Source of the DNA: Leptolyngbyaceae cyanobacterium
Lineage (GTDB): Bacteria > Cyanobacteriota > Cyanobacteriia > Phormidesmidales > Phormidesmidaceae
DNA: 64,000 bases
Direction: 5' to 3'
Assembly (NCBI GenBank): GCA_965263355.1
Contig: CBDHHL010000032.1
Span: 32,001 to 96,000, forward strand
In this document: positions 39,965 through 49,629 of the stretch, piece by piece
Position numbering within the stretch: position 1 is the stretch's first letter
Layout of the letters: each line of letters starts with the position of its first letter
Notes under the pieces: model-generated
What the model saw: the letters and a program-made list of their open reading frames with translations, nothing else
Told to the model about the DNA's origin: nothing
Database searches by the model: none
Translations under genes and position numbers: made by a program

Positions 39965-40502
39965 AAACTAGATTGCACCAGGCGTAAGCGTCTACATCGC
40001 AGAGCAAGAAGTGGCGAATTCAAAGCACTGAACAAGGCGACCTCAAGATGACAATGCATCGCGGATAAATTAAAAAAATGGCAACGCGAGCTAATCTATC
40101 ACGAAGGATTTGGGATTAAACTCCGCATTTTTGCCCGCAAAAACAGACAATGGGCCAGGGGAAAAACTTTATACTTTCTTCATCGATTAGTGCGATTCGT
40201 CGATGGGTAAGGTTTATAGACAGTTACCGAGCTGTCCTAGTAAGCTAATTAGTTTTTGAATAATTATGTATAGCTTTGCAAGTATTACAGATTATTAATA
40301 GATACTGAACCACTTTTTAGGGTGATTTAGCATCCAGCCTGTCACTGATGTCTAGTTTCCATGACCAATAATGTTCCTGTCAACGAACATTCGGTCAATA
40401 GCTATGTGGAAACCGATATTCGTTTACCAGCATTTGGGGTGGCAATGCCTACCAGCACCGCCCACCAGCCAACAGGTATTCTAGGGGATGCTATTTCTGG
40501 GG

Positions 40503-41579
40503 ATGTCTATGGATTATCGGCAAGCAGGAGTGGATGTTGAAGCCGGTCGCGCATTTGTGCAAACTATTCGCAGCTTGGTGGAAGGAACCTACAGGCCTGA
40601 AGTTTTAGGGGGTTTGGGTGGATTTGGCGGTTATTTTGAATTGCCTGCAGGGTATCGGCAGCCTGTTCTGGTGTCAGGCACAGATGGTGTAGGCACCAAA
40701 CTTAAGCTGGCCCACAGGCTGAATTGTCACGATACGGTAGGGATTGATCTGGTGGCCATGTGTGTCAATGATGTGTTGACCTCGGGGGCAGAACCGCTCT
40801 ACTTTTTGGATTATTTGGCTACCGGCCAGTTGCAACCTGAGCAGTTGGCCCAGGTGGTAGCAGGAGTGGCTGCAGGCTGTCGTCAGTCGGGCTGTGCGCT
40901 ATTGGGGGGTGAAACCGCTGAAATGCCTGGTTTTTATGGTCCAGGTGAGTATGACATGGCTGGGTTTTGTGTTGGCATTGTTGAGAAAAGTGCCATTCTG
41001 GATAGTTCCCAGGTGCGTACGGGGGATGTCTTAATTGGTTTGCCTAGCAGTGGTGTACATAGTAATGGTTACAGTCTGGTGCGCAAAATTATGGCAGAGG
41101 CCCCTCGGCAAGAGACGTTAGCGGGGCTGGGGCAAGTGGTTGAGCGCTCGGTGGGCTATGGCTGGGCGGAGTGCCCAGAATTGCTGGCGGGACAGTCCCT
41201 TGGGGAAGTTTTGCTGACACCGACTGAACTCTACGTACAATCTGTGCTAAGTGCTCTTAGACGTGGTTTAGAGATCCATGCCATGGCCCATATTACAGGG
41301 GGAGGTTTTTTTGAAAATTTGCCCCGTTGTTTGGGTGAAAATCAATCTATATATATAGAGGCTGATGGTTGGCCGATACTGCCAATTTTTAAGTGGCTAG
41401 AGGCTGCTGGCAATGTGCCTCGGGCTGAAATGTTTAAGACGTTTAATATGGGTATCGGTTTTGTGGTGGTCGTACCTGCTGATCAGGCTGAAGCCGCCCT
41501 TGCCCATTTTCAACCGGCTTATCAAATTGGTACTGTGATTGATGGCAATGGAGTGGTCACTGGGTTGCCGGAAGGTTAG
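40503..41579 (+). CDS. purM: Phosphoribosylformylglycinamidine cyclo-ligase
   Basis: [39 protein letters not shown]. Confidence 0.97.
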   Translation: MSMDYRQAGVDVEAGRAFVQTIRSLVEGTYRPEVLGGLGGFGGYFELPAGYRQPVLVSGTDGVGTKLKLAHRLNCHDTVGIDLVAMCVNDVLTSGAEPLYFLDYLATGQLQPEQLAQVVAGVAAGCRQSGCALLGGETAEMPGFYGPGEYDMAGFCVGIVEKSAILDSSQVRTGDVLIGLPSSGVHSNGYSLVRKIMAEAPRQETLAGLGQVVERSVGYGWAECPELLAGQSLGEVLLTPTELYVQSVLSALRRGLEIHAMAHITGGGFFENLPRCLGENQSIYIEADGWPILPIFKWLEAAGNVPRAEMFKTFNMGIGFVVVVPADQAEAALAHFQPAYQIGTVIDGNGVVTGLPEG

Positions 41580-41611
41580 GATACGTTGGAAAACATTTGG
41601 AGGCATAAATT

Positions 41612-42442
41612 TTGAGCGCTCGGACGGGTAGCTGGCAGCCAGCTGCGATCGCACTTTTGGCCATCATTATCGGCCTGACTCTAACCAGCACCTTGGTTAT
41701 CATTAATCCTGGCCAAGCTGGTGTCTTAAGCATTCTGGGAAAAGCCCAGGATAATCCCCTATTAGAAGGTATTCACCTGAAGCCACCTTTAATTTCATTT
41801 GTGGATATCTATGATGTAACGGTGCAAAAATTTGAAGTGCCGGCTGAAAGTTCTACCAAGGACCTTCAGGATTTACGGGCTCGATTTGCCATCAACTTTC
41901 GGTTGGATCCTGCCAACATTGTGGATATTCGTCGTAAGCAGGGGACGCTAGCTAATATTGTCACCAAGATTATTGCCCCCCAGACCCAGGAATCTTTTAA
42001 GATTGCGGCTGCTCGCCGTACTGTAGAAGAAGCAATTACGCAACGAACTCAGCTGAAAGAAGATTTTGATAATGCCTTAAGCAGTCGCCTGGAAAATTAC
42101 GGCATTATTGTTCTCGACACGAGTGTTGTGGACCTCACATTTTCAAAAGAGTTTGCTAAAGCGGTGGAAGAGAAACAAATTGCTGAACAAAGTGCTCGCC
42201 GTGCGGTGTACGTTGCTCAACAGGCTGAACAAGAAGCCCAGGCAGAAGTTAATCGTGCCAAAGGCCGAGCTGAAGCCCAGCGTTTGTTAGCGGAAACGCT
42301 CAAGGCTCAAGGGGGGGAACTGGTGCTAGAGAAAGAAGCCATTGAGGCTTGGAGAGCGGGTGGCTCCCAGATGCCTAGGGTATTGGTTATGGGTGATAAG
42401 GGCGGTCAGGTGCCCTTTATTTTCAACCTGGAACAGGAATAA
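41612..42442 (+). CDS. Prohibitin/SPFH family protein
   Basis: N-terminal TM, TKDLQ, F..AVE.KQIAEQ coiled coil. Confidence 0.92.
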   Translation: MSARTGSWQPAAIALLAIIIGLTLTSTLVIINPGQAGVLSILGKAQDNPLLEGIHLKPPLISFVDIYDVTVQKFEVPAESSTKDLQDLRARFAINFRLDPANIVDIRRKQGTLANIVTKIIAPQTQESFKIAAARRTVEEAITQRTQLKEDFDNALSSRLENYGIIVLDTSVVDLTFSKEFAKAVEEKQIAEQSARRAVYVAQQAEQEAQAEVNRAKGRAEAQRLLAETLKAQGGELVLEKEAIEAWRAGGSQMPRVLVMGDKGGQVPFIFNLEQE

Positions 42443-42473
42443 ACAATCTCTCACCTGCGTTGATCGCATCCGT

Positions 42474-42501
42474 GTAGGGACATTCCATGGAACGTCCCTA
42501 C
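42474..42501. repeat. GTAG-type REP-like palindrome between convergent genes
   Basis: GTAGGGACATTCCATGGAACGTCCCTAC with extended ATCCGT/ACGGAT stem. Confidence 0.8.
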
Positions 42502-42515
42502 ACGGATTGTTTTTT

Positions 42516-44231
42516 TTAGCGCACGTAAATATGGATAAAACCATTGTTATTACGCTCAATACTGCCAGTTAACCCATTGTGCTCAAAGGGAAACTGATTC
42601 ACCTGACCCGTACGCACCTGTTCTAGACCAGCTTCAATTTCTCGGGTTGACTGACCATCCAGCATACCGGTCAGGGCTGTTCTCATAATCAGACGATCAT
42701 AGGACGGGGCAAAGGCAGCTTCAGTTTGTTGAATTGTATTGCCAGCGTCATAACTATAGGCGACAGTGGCGCGGTTAGGGGCAAGCTCGTATACGACGGT
42801 GGTGGCTAATGGGGAAATGGATTGTCTTGTAGGCTCCCCTAAACGATTAGTCACGGTGGTGGCAGTGGTACCAGGGGCAAACCCAGGAACAGAGACAATG
42901 TTACCACCACCAGGAGTAGCATTGTTAGGATTGCCGCTGTTCCCTAAGACTAATGGCGGCGCTGTTGTGGGTTCTACTACCGTCGTTGCTGGCGTTTCGG
43001 GTGGCTCAATCTCGCTGTTTTCTGGTGTTGTCGGTAGGTCTGGCAAGACCTCTTCTAACGTTGGCAGCTCAACCTCAGGTAGACTAACCTCGGGAACGGA
43101 GACCTCAGGCAGTTCTGCTGTTTTTTCCTTGACATTGTTGACAGTTTGCTGGGCCGTTCTATATAACCAGTATCCAGCCAACCCTAGCCCTGTTAACAGG
43201 CCTAATATAAACAGCGATAAGACTGCTTTAAACAGGCTCATAAAGAAACCGGACCCCTGTTTTTTGGGACGTTCTGGTTGTTGTTGGAGGCGTTCTTGCG
43301 ACTGTTGTTGTTGAGGAATGTCTGTACCGTCTGGCACAAGGTAGCTATTGTGTCCGTAAGCTGAGGGACCTCTGGGGGCAACAACCTGGGTGGGTTGGGT
43401 GGTGCTCTGGTGTTGTCTGCCGCGTCTGCCCCTGGCAGACAATAGCGTTAACCAGGTGGCAATGGATTGGGGACGCTGAGCAAGGTCTAGGGCCATACCT
43501 TGCAAAATTGCTTGCTCTGTATCAGGACTCAGGTTCGGGGTGAGTTGTCTGGGCGGTGTGAGTGGGTGGTGCGATCGCAAGACAGAGGCCACCGGGACCT
43601 CACCCGTCACGGCAGCATAAAGGGTAGCAGCCAAACCATACACATCTGAGGCTGCTGAGCGTCGTGCTTTCGACAAATATTGCTCCAAGGGGGCATAGCC
43701 TTCAGATACCAAATTCGTATGGGTTTGCGTTTGGCCCACAGCCAGCTCTCGAGCAATGCCAAAATCAATCAAAATCGCACTATCTTGATTAATCATGATA
43801 TTTTGAGGCTTTACATCCCGATGGAGTAGCCCTTGATTGTGAACCGTCTGTAAGGCACTGGCAATTTGTCTGATGTACTTGACGGCCAACTCTTCTGCCA
43901 GTGGTCGGTGAGGAAAAATCATCGCTGACAGCGGTTGCCCTGGAATAAAATCCATCACCAGATACGGTTGTCTCGACTCGATAAAAAAGTCAGTGACATT
44001 GACGATATTTGGATGTTGGCATTGGGCTAACCGGCGGGCCTCTGCCTGAAACTGCTGTAGCTGTTGCTCTGAGTCAGTGGCTGACCAGCGCAAGGTTTTA
44101 ATCACCACCACTTGATTGAGGGTTTTGTGCACAGCCCGATAGGTCACGCCAAAACCACCGCGCCCCAGCTCATTCTCGATAACATATTTGCCGTTTTGGA
44201 GACTGGTGCCCACCAAGTTTATGCTATTCAC
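42516..44231 (-). CDS. Hanks-type Ser/Thr kinase with TM helix and extracytoplasmic domain
   Basis: LGRGGFG, HRDVKPQN, DFG, GYAPLE; TM at about aa 335-357. Confidence 0.93.
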   Translation of the reverse strand: MNSINLVGTSLQNGKYVIENELGRGGFGVTYRAVHKTLNQVVVIKTLRWSATDSEQQLQQFQAEARRLAQCQHPNIVNVTDFFIESRQPYLVMDFIPGQPLSAMIFPHRPLAEELAVKYIRQIASALQTVHNQGLLHRDVKPQNIMINQDSAILIDFGIARELAVGQTQTHTNLVSEGYAPLEQYLSKARRSAASDVYGLAATLYAAVTGEVPVASVLRSHHPLTPPRQLTPNLSPDTEQAILQGMALDLAQRPQSIATWLTLLSARGRRGRQHQSTTQPTQVVAPRGPSAYGHNSYLVPDGTDIPQQQQSQERLQQQPERPKKQGSGFFMSLFKAVLSLFILGLLTGLGLAGYWLYRTAQQTVNNVKEKTAELPEVSVPEVSLPEVELPTLEEVLPDLPTTPENSEIEPPETPATTVVEPTTAPPLVLGNSGNPNNATPGGGNIVSVPGFAPGTTATTVTNRLGEPTRQSISPLATTVVYELAPNRATVAYSYDAGNTIQQTEAAFAPSYDRLIMRTALTGMLDGQSTREIEAGLEQVRTGQVNQFPFEHNGLTGSIERNNNGFIHIYVR

Positions 44232-44534
44232 CCGTTGCCTCTGCGTCGTTTCACAGCCTCACGTTTAACATAAAATCTCCTTTCTTGCATGACATTAGCG
44301 ACAGCCTGAAAACTGTGCCACGACCTTTAAGACGAATGTGGCCGAAAAATATATATTGCTGAACAGGTAGATCGTTACAATCACCTATGGCTAGGGGATT
44401 AGCCCTGAAAAGGGCAGCAGGTGTCTAAACGTGATGCCGTAATCTTCTTTAAAGTATCTTTATGATTAGGATAAATTTGTGCTTTAATGTCCGCTGGGAC
44501 GGATATTTTTCAGAGTTTTCCGGAGTTCTTGTTC

Positions 44535-44963
44535 ATGAAGTCTGAGCAAAAGCAACGTCTTTCTAATGCCAAAGAAAATATTAAAGCAGCTCAGTTACTT
44601 GCCCATAGTCAGTTTTACGATATTGCGATTTCCCGTGCTTACTACGCAATGCTGTACGTGGCAGAAGCTTTGCTTTTAGATCAGATGTCTACCATACCTA
44701 CGCAGCATGAAGCTGTTAATAGTCTATTTTTGGCACAGTTTTCTGCGAAGATACCCCTGTTTCAGCCCTATGGCACTTACTTAAATGATGGCTTAAAGGC
44801 CAGGTTGCGGGCGGACTATTCCCATACTGATAAGGCAACGTTGGCGGTTGCTAAACAGCATATTAACCGTGCTAAAGCATGTTTAGATTTGGCCAAGCAT
44901 TACCTGAGCACAGAGCTAGTATCAGCAGCACCAGCCGGGGTAGGTACTGGGCAACGCAGTTAA
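44535..44963 (+). CDS. HEPN domain protein (UPF0332-like)
   Basis: AISRAYYAM, H..V...F, RLRADY. Confidence 0.8.
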   Translation: MKSEQKQRLSNAKENIKAAQLLAHSQFYDIAISRAYYAMLYVAEALLLDQMSTIPTQHEAVNSLFLAQFSAKIPLFQPYGTYLNDGLKARLRADYSHTDKATLAVAKQHINRAKACLDLAKHYLSTELVSAAPAGVGTGQRS

Positions 44964-45055
44964 GCCACCTTAGAAATTAGGGGCTAAACCACATCCAAGT
45001 TGTAATCTAGAGTTTCCTCTACGGCAAAATTGCAGTTCTGGAGGTGGGGCAAGGT

Positions 45056-46465
45056 TTATTTATATTGGGCTTGCTGACGCCGCTCGGCAAGTTTGAGTAA
45101 CGTTTCAGCATGGGTTGCTTTAGTAATTGGATAAAAGTAGGCCAATGCCATGCCACCCAGCAGTAAAAACAGGGGCACAGGGCCGATAAATATGCGAATA
45201 GCCAGCAACGCAGAATCCGTTTGGATGGCTAGATCTTGATCAAAGCCTGAATAGGCTAAGGCCAGACCAAAAAGGGCAATCCCCCCAGCTAGACCCAACT
45301 TTTGTAGTAAGGTCATAAATGCATAAAAAGCACCTTCACTTCGTCGTCCGGTTTTAAGTTCGTTGAGTTCAATGACGTCTGGCAAAATTGACCAGGGAAC
45401 GACATAGGCCGTGGCCACACCAAAACTTGCCACCAGACACAATAGATACATGATGCCTAGTTGACCCGGTTGGAGGAAAAATAAGCCGATCTGCACCAGG
45501 ATCCAAACGCCACCCCCTAAAAAATAAACGCCTTTTTTACCAATACGTCTAGCCAGAAAGTTGCAGACGAACAGCATAATGATGGCTGTGCCCTGCACAA
45601 ACAGTAGCGCTAAAAAATAATTTTGATTACCCATCCAAAAAGTTACATAGTAGGGTAATACAGCGGCTGTAATCTGTAATGCCAACCAAGAAAATAGATA
45701 AATGCCAACAACAAACAGGAAAGGGCGATTGCTAAAAACAACCTTAAGTTGTTCTAAAAATGAGTCGTCATCGCCCTCTTGTCTACTATTGAGTGAACGC
45801 CCCAAATAAGCAGCGTGCCGTTGGTAGTGACCAAAGGTACCAAAAACACACCAGTAGGTTGTTGCGATGACAATTAATCCTCCCAAAATACTCAGTATTT
45901 GATATTGCAGTTGGAGGCTTTCAGTCCGTTCGCTAACAACAGCCCCTAACGCTAAAATCAGTACGGCTCCAACCAAAGAAAATGCCAACCGAAACGATGT
46001 TAGTTCCGTACGGCTGTCATAATCTTCAGTCATTTCAGCAGTTAACGTGGAGTAGGGCAGATTTGTAGTGGTGAAAAAAGACTGAAACACCATAAACGCA
46101 AAAACGTAGTACCAAAATAGTGCTGTTTGGCTCCTTAACTCCGGTACAATCCAGACAAAATAAAACGTGACTCCAAAGGGGATAGCAGTTAATGTAATCC
46201 ATGGATAACGTCGACCCCAGCGACTCTTCGTCCGGTCACTCAGCATCCCTACGAGGGGATCGTTTATGAGGTCCCAGATTTTGCCAATAGTGACTACGCC
46301 GCTAGCTAACCATGGCTCTAACCCAGCGACATTCGTTAAAAAGATCAAAAACGAAACGGCCAGCAGGTTAGATGTGAGGCCTGAGCCCATATCCCCTGCG
46401 CCATAGGCCAACTTGGTAGACCAGCTCAGTTTGGGAGGATGTGATGGTTTGCCTGAAGTTTCCAT
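45056..46465 (-). CDS. MFS glycoside-pentoside-hexuronide (MelB-like) symporter
   Basis: KLAYGAGD, WDLINDPLVG.LSDRT.SRWGRR, D..E...G.R.EG. Confidence 0.92.
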   Translation of the reverse strand: METSGKPSHPPKLSWSTKLAYGAGDMGSGLTSNLLAVSFLIFLTNVAGLEPWLASGVVTIGKIWDLINDPLVGMLSDRTKSRWGRRYPWITLTAIPFGVTFYFVWIVPELRSQTALFWYYVFAFMVFQSFFTTTNLPYSTLTAEMTEDYDSRTELTSFRLAFSLVGAVLILALGAVVSERTESLQLQYQILSILGGLIVIATTYWCVFGTFGHYQRHAAYLGRSLNSRQEGDDDSFLEQLKVVFSNRPFLFVVGIYLFSWLALQITAAVLPYYVTFWMGNQNYFLALLFVQGTAIIMLFVCNFLARRIGKKGVYFLGGGVWILVQIGLFFLQPGQLGIMYLLCLVASFGVATAYVVPWSILPDVIELNELKTGRRSEGAFYAFMTLLQKLGLAGGIALFGLALAYSGFDQDLAIQTDSALLAIRIFIGPVPLFLLLGGMALAYFYPITKATHAETLLKLAERRQQAQYK

Positions 46466-46668
46466 AGTGCGCGCGATTGCTAGAAATTATTAAATCATCT
46501 GTAGAATGAGGCTCAACCCTGACTGTACTGTCACACCAAGCGTCACACTAGACTCTTTGTACGTTGCCACAATTTAGAACAGTAATCTCAAGCAAGATGT
46601 CTGTCCTAATGACTATGGCAACGCTATATTATTGCCCTATTTGTGTCATCCTTTCCTTTTAATTACCG

Positions 46669-47223
46669 ATGTCAGCCACTTTTGATCTATCAGCTTCGAA
46701 CGTTTCCACCGACGCCGATCTGTATGTTTCCTGGGCAGATTACTATCAGGCCATTGAAAATTTAGCGATCGCAGTTCATACATCAGGATGGCAATTTAAT
46801 CAGATTGTCTGTTTAGCCAAAGGCGGTCTAAGGATTGGCGACATCCTCTGCCGTATTTATGAGCAACCCCTGGCTATTCTCTCAACGTCATCCTACGGCG
46901 GCGAAGGTAATCGTACCCGTGGGGCAATTACGTTTTCTAGAGACCTCAGTATGACGACGACTAATCTTGGCACCCATGTTCTTTTAGTCGATGATTTAGT
47001 GGATTCAGGCCAAAGTTTACAACGCAGTATTCGTTGGTTAGAACACCGTTATGGATTCTACATTGATGAGATTAAAACTGCCGTACTTTGGTACAAAGCC
47101 TGCTCAGCGATTAAGCCTGATTATTATGTTGAGTATTTAGAAACCAATCCTTGGATTCATCAACCATTTGAAAAGTATGAAGAGATGACTATTGATACCC
47201 TTGTTCAAGATAGAGCAGGTTAG
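46669..47223 (+). CDS. Purine phosphoribosyltransferase family protein
   Basis: LAKGG, VLLVDDLVDSG PRPP motif, WIHQPFE. Confidence 0.9.
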   Translation: MSATFDLSASNVSTDADLYVSWADYYQAIENLAIAVHTSGWQFNQIVCLAKGGLRIGDILCRIYEQPLAILSTSSYGGEGNRTRGAITFSRDLSMTTTNLGTHVLLVDDLVDSGQSLQRSIRWLEHRYGFYIDEIKTAVLWYKACSAIKPDYYVEYLETNPWIHQPFEKYEEMTIDTLVQDRAG

Positions 47224-47346
47224 GCTGAACCAGCATGGTGCAATCAATTCTATTAGTTATTGAAAGGCAATTATCTACTCTTAAAACCTATGTCTTTACT
47301 AACGGGATTTTCTCTTTCCCGGCTCTGTTGAATTAAGATAAAAACT

Positions 47347-48414
47347 ATGGTGCAAAAAAATCAGTTCCTGGCTCCATTTATGATGGTGTTAGTAGCACTT
47401 GGAATAATTGGTGCAGCGTTTGGATTTATTTCAAATAGTATGAATCCAAACGCTAGTGACTCTCAAGTAAATATAAACCTTGAGGAACCCCCAAAAACAA
47501 CGACGACGCTAGCACAACGTTCTCTAGCACAGCATACCGGCACCGTACTAAGTGTTGCGATTCACCCAGATACTTCTCTATTGGCTAGCGGTAGCTATGA
47601 CCAAACAATGAAGCTATGGGATCTAAACACAGGTAAAGTACAACGTACCTTCAACCATGCAGGGCGAGTGAATAGTGTGGTGTTCACCCCAAATGGACGA
47701 TATTTGCTCACAGGTAGTGGTGATGGTGACATTATTGTTTGGAATCCTGAAACTGGTGCAGAAGAACATCGCTTTTCAGGACGTTCCGGTAGAATTTTGA
47801 GTCTGGCGGTTAATGCTGATAGCTCTCTCATAGCCAGTGGCAGTAGTAACGGCACTATTCGTCTGTGGGATCTTGAAAAAAGACGTGAAGATACCACCAT
47901 ATTGGAGTCTGGCGCATCGATTAACAGTTTGACATTTTCTCCAATAAATTCTCAAGAATTAGTCAGCGGTGATCAAGATGGTGTTGTTACCCTCTGGGAT
48001 GTTGAAACTGAACAGTCTGTGCGCACTTACAAATCGGGGACAGACCGCATAACGGGTGTTGCTGTGAGTCCCGATGGCCAATATATTGCCAGCAGCAGTT
48101 ATGATACCAACGTACAAATTTGGAATTTGACAACAGGCACTACCGAACAAACCTTAAGTGGACATGACTTTGTTGTTGCCAATGTCGCGTTTAGTGTCGA
48201 TGGAGAAACCTTAGCCAGCAGCAGCTTTGATGAAACTATTAAAGTATGGAACTGGCAGCAAGCCTCAGAACGCTGTACTTTACGCGGACATTCTGGGTTT
48301 GTTTATGGTCTTGCCTTTAACCAACAAGGAACTGTATTAGCCACTGGTGGCTATGATGGTTTGGTAAAAACTTGGCCCCTGACAGATAAACAGACGGGAT
48401 GTTCGGCTGGTTAA
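47347..48414 (+). CDS. Membrane-anchored 7-bladed WD40 protein
   Basis: N-terminal TM; seven divergent GH...WD repeats. Confidence 0.9.
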   Translation: MVQKNQFLAPFMMVLVALGIIGAAFGFISNSMNPNASDSQVNINLEEPPKTTTTLAQRSLAQHTGTVLSVAIHPDTSLLASGSYDQTMKLWDLNTGKVQRTFNHAGRVNSVVFTPNGRYLLTGSGDGDIIVWNPETGAEEHRFSGRSGRILSLAVNADSSLIASGSSNGTIRLWDLEKRREDTTILESGASINSLTFSPINSQELVSGDQDGVVTLWDVETEQSVRTYKSGTDRITGVAVSPDGQYIASSSYDTNVQIWNLTTGTTEQTLSGHDFVVANVAFSVDGETLASSSFDETIKVWNWQQASERCTLRGHSGFVYGLAFNQQGTVLATGGYDGLVKTWPLTDKQTGCSAG

Positions 48415-48427
48415 GGGTTGAACTCAT

Positions 48428-48480
48428 CTTAAGTTCTAAGTTTTAAGCTATAAGGCTAACTCAAAACTTAGAACTTAAGA
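48428..48480. repeat. Inverted heptamer repeat array (TAAGTT/AACTTA), hairpin or terminator-like
   Basis: cttaagttctaagttttaag ... ctcaaaacttagaacttaag. Confidence 0.65.
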
Positions 48481-48736
48481 TTGTAACTTGACGCACAAAG
48501 TGTACAACCCGCTTTAAGTTACTACCCATGTATTCAGCAGATTGCGATAAAGACTCTTCTTATAACAAATTTGAGTTCATTAAGCCTGATTACTCATGGT
48601 TCGCTCAAAATAGAGAGGAGTTGAAAAGTTATCCTGTTAGCGCAAGATAAATATCATCAGATACCCCCAACAGCAGTAAGATAGGGTGTTGTATCTCAGA
48701 TAAAGTAGAGAGGAACCTTTGGACCACACCATTAAT

Positions 48737-48920
48737 CTCCATGATGGTTAGAGTAATCCCCCGAAAAGCCCGTAGTAGTTCAGACGTCGGTTGGCTGGTT
48801 GCCCGTTTTGGATTCCCCGCATAAAGACGGCACTGGTTCCGTCAGGTGGGAAGCCTATATCCTTTGCGTGAGAATAGTTAAACGGCATATCGAATCGATA
48901 ACAACTGTGACCATGAGAGT
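48737..48920 (+). ncRNA. ssrS: 6S RNA
   Basis: Cyanobacterial 6S core GGTTGGCTG...GGATTCC..AAAGACGGCACTGGTTCCGTCAGGTGGGAAGCC...CGGCATATC; closing stem ATGGTTA/TGACCAT; about 184 nt; ends approximate. Confidence 0.8.
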
Positions 48921-49102
48921 CCCTTGTCCAAAATCCCTATGCGGACAGCAGGCACCTGTTTTGTGGTGAAATGAACCCGCTAACATTGCCAACCATGGTT
49001 TGTGGTCAATCAATGTCGGATTTGTTGGGTTGATATAGGGTAGTCAAAAGCAGAGTTTTTGGCGGGGTTGCAACCCAATCTACGCGGGATTTTCTATGGT
49101 TT

Positions 49103-49140
49103 CCCCTGTAGGGTCATTGCATGCAATGACCCTACAGGGG
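49103..49140. repeat. GTAG-type REP-like perfect palindrome
   Basis: CCCCTGTAGGGTCATTGCATGCAATGACCCTACAGGGG. Confidence 0.85.
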
Positions 49141-49629
49141 GGATGCCAAAGGTCCAAGTTAGGTTATTCAACGCGGATGCGTTTGGTCAAAATTGCCATT
49201 AGTTCATTGGGGCGTCCGGTGGGTAGGGGGTTGCTCCAATCGTTGGGTTCGGCGGAGTTGAGTTTGTGCTTGGAATCTCCGGGGTCAGTCATCGGTACGG
49301 TGTTGGTAGCACTTGCCGATGGCGCAAAAGCAAACTGAGTTAATTAGGGTGTCGCAATTGGTGATAATGATTGGGTTATAGTTGAAACGGTGAACCATAG
49401 CCTATACCTCGTAGGTTGGGTTGATACCCCTATGATCTCTCCATCAACCGTCTTGCACCCATAAAACCCAACAAATTCAACATTGATGATATTCCATATC
49501 CATAATGATTGGGTTACGGGTGTGGAATGTAAAAATGTTGGCAATGTTGGGTTAATTAGGGTGTCGCAATTGGTGATGATGATTGGGTTACGGGTGTGGA
49601 ATATAAAAATGTTGGCTTGATGCGAGAGA

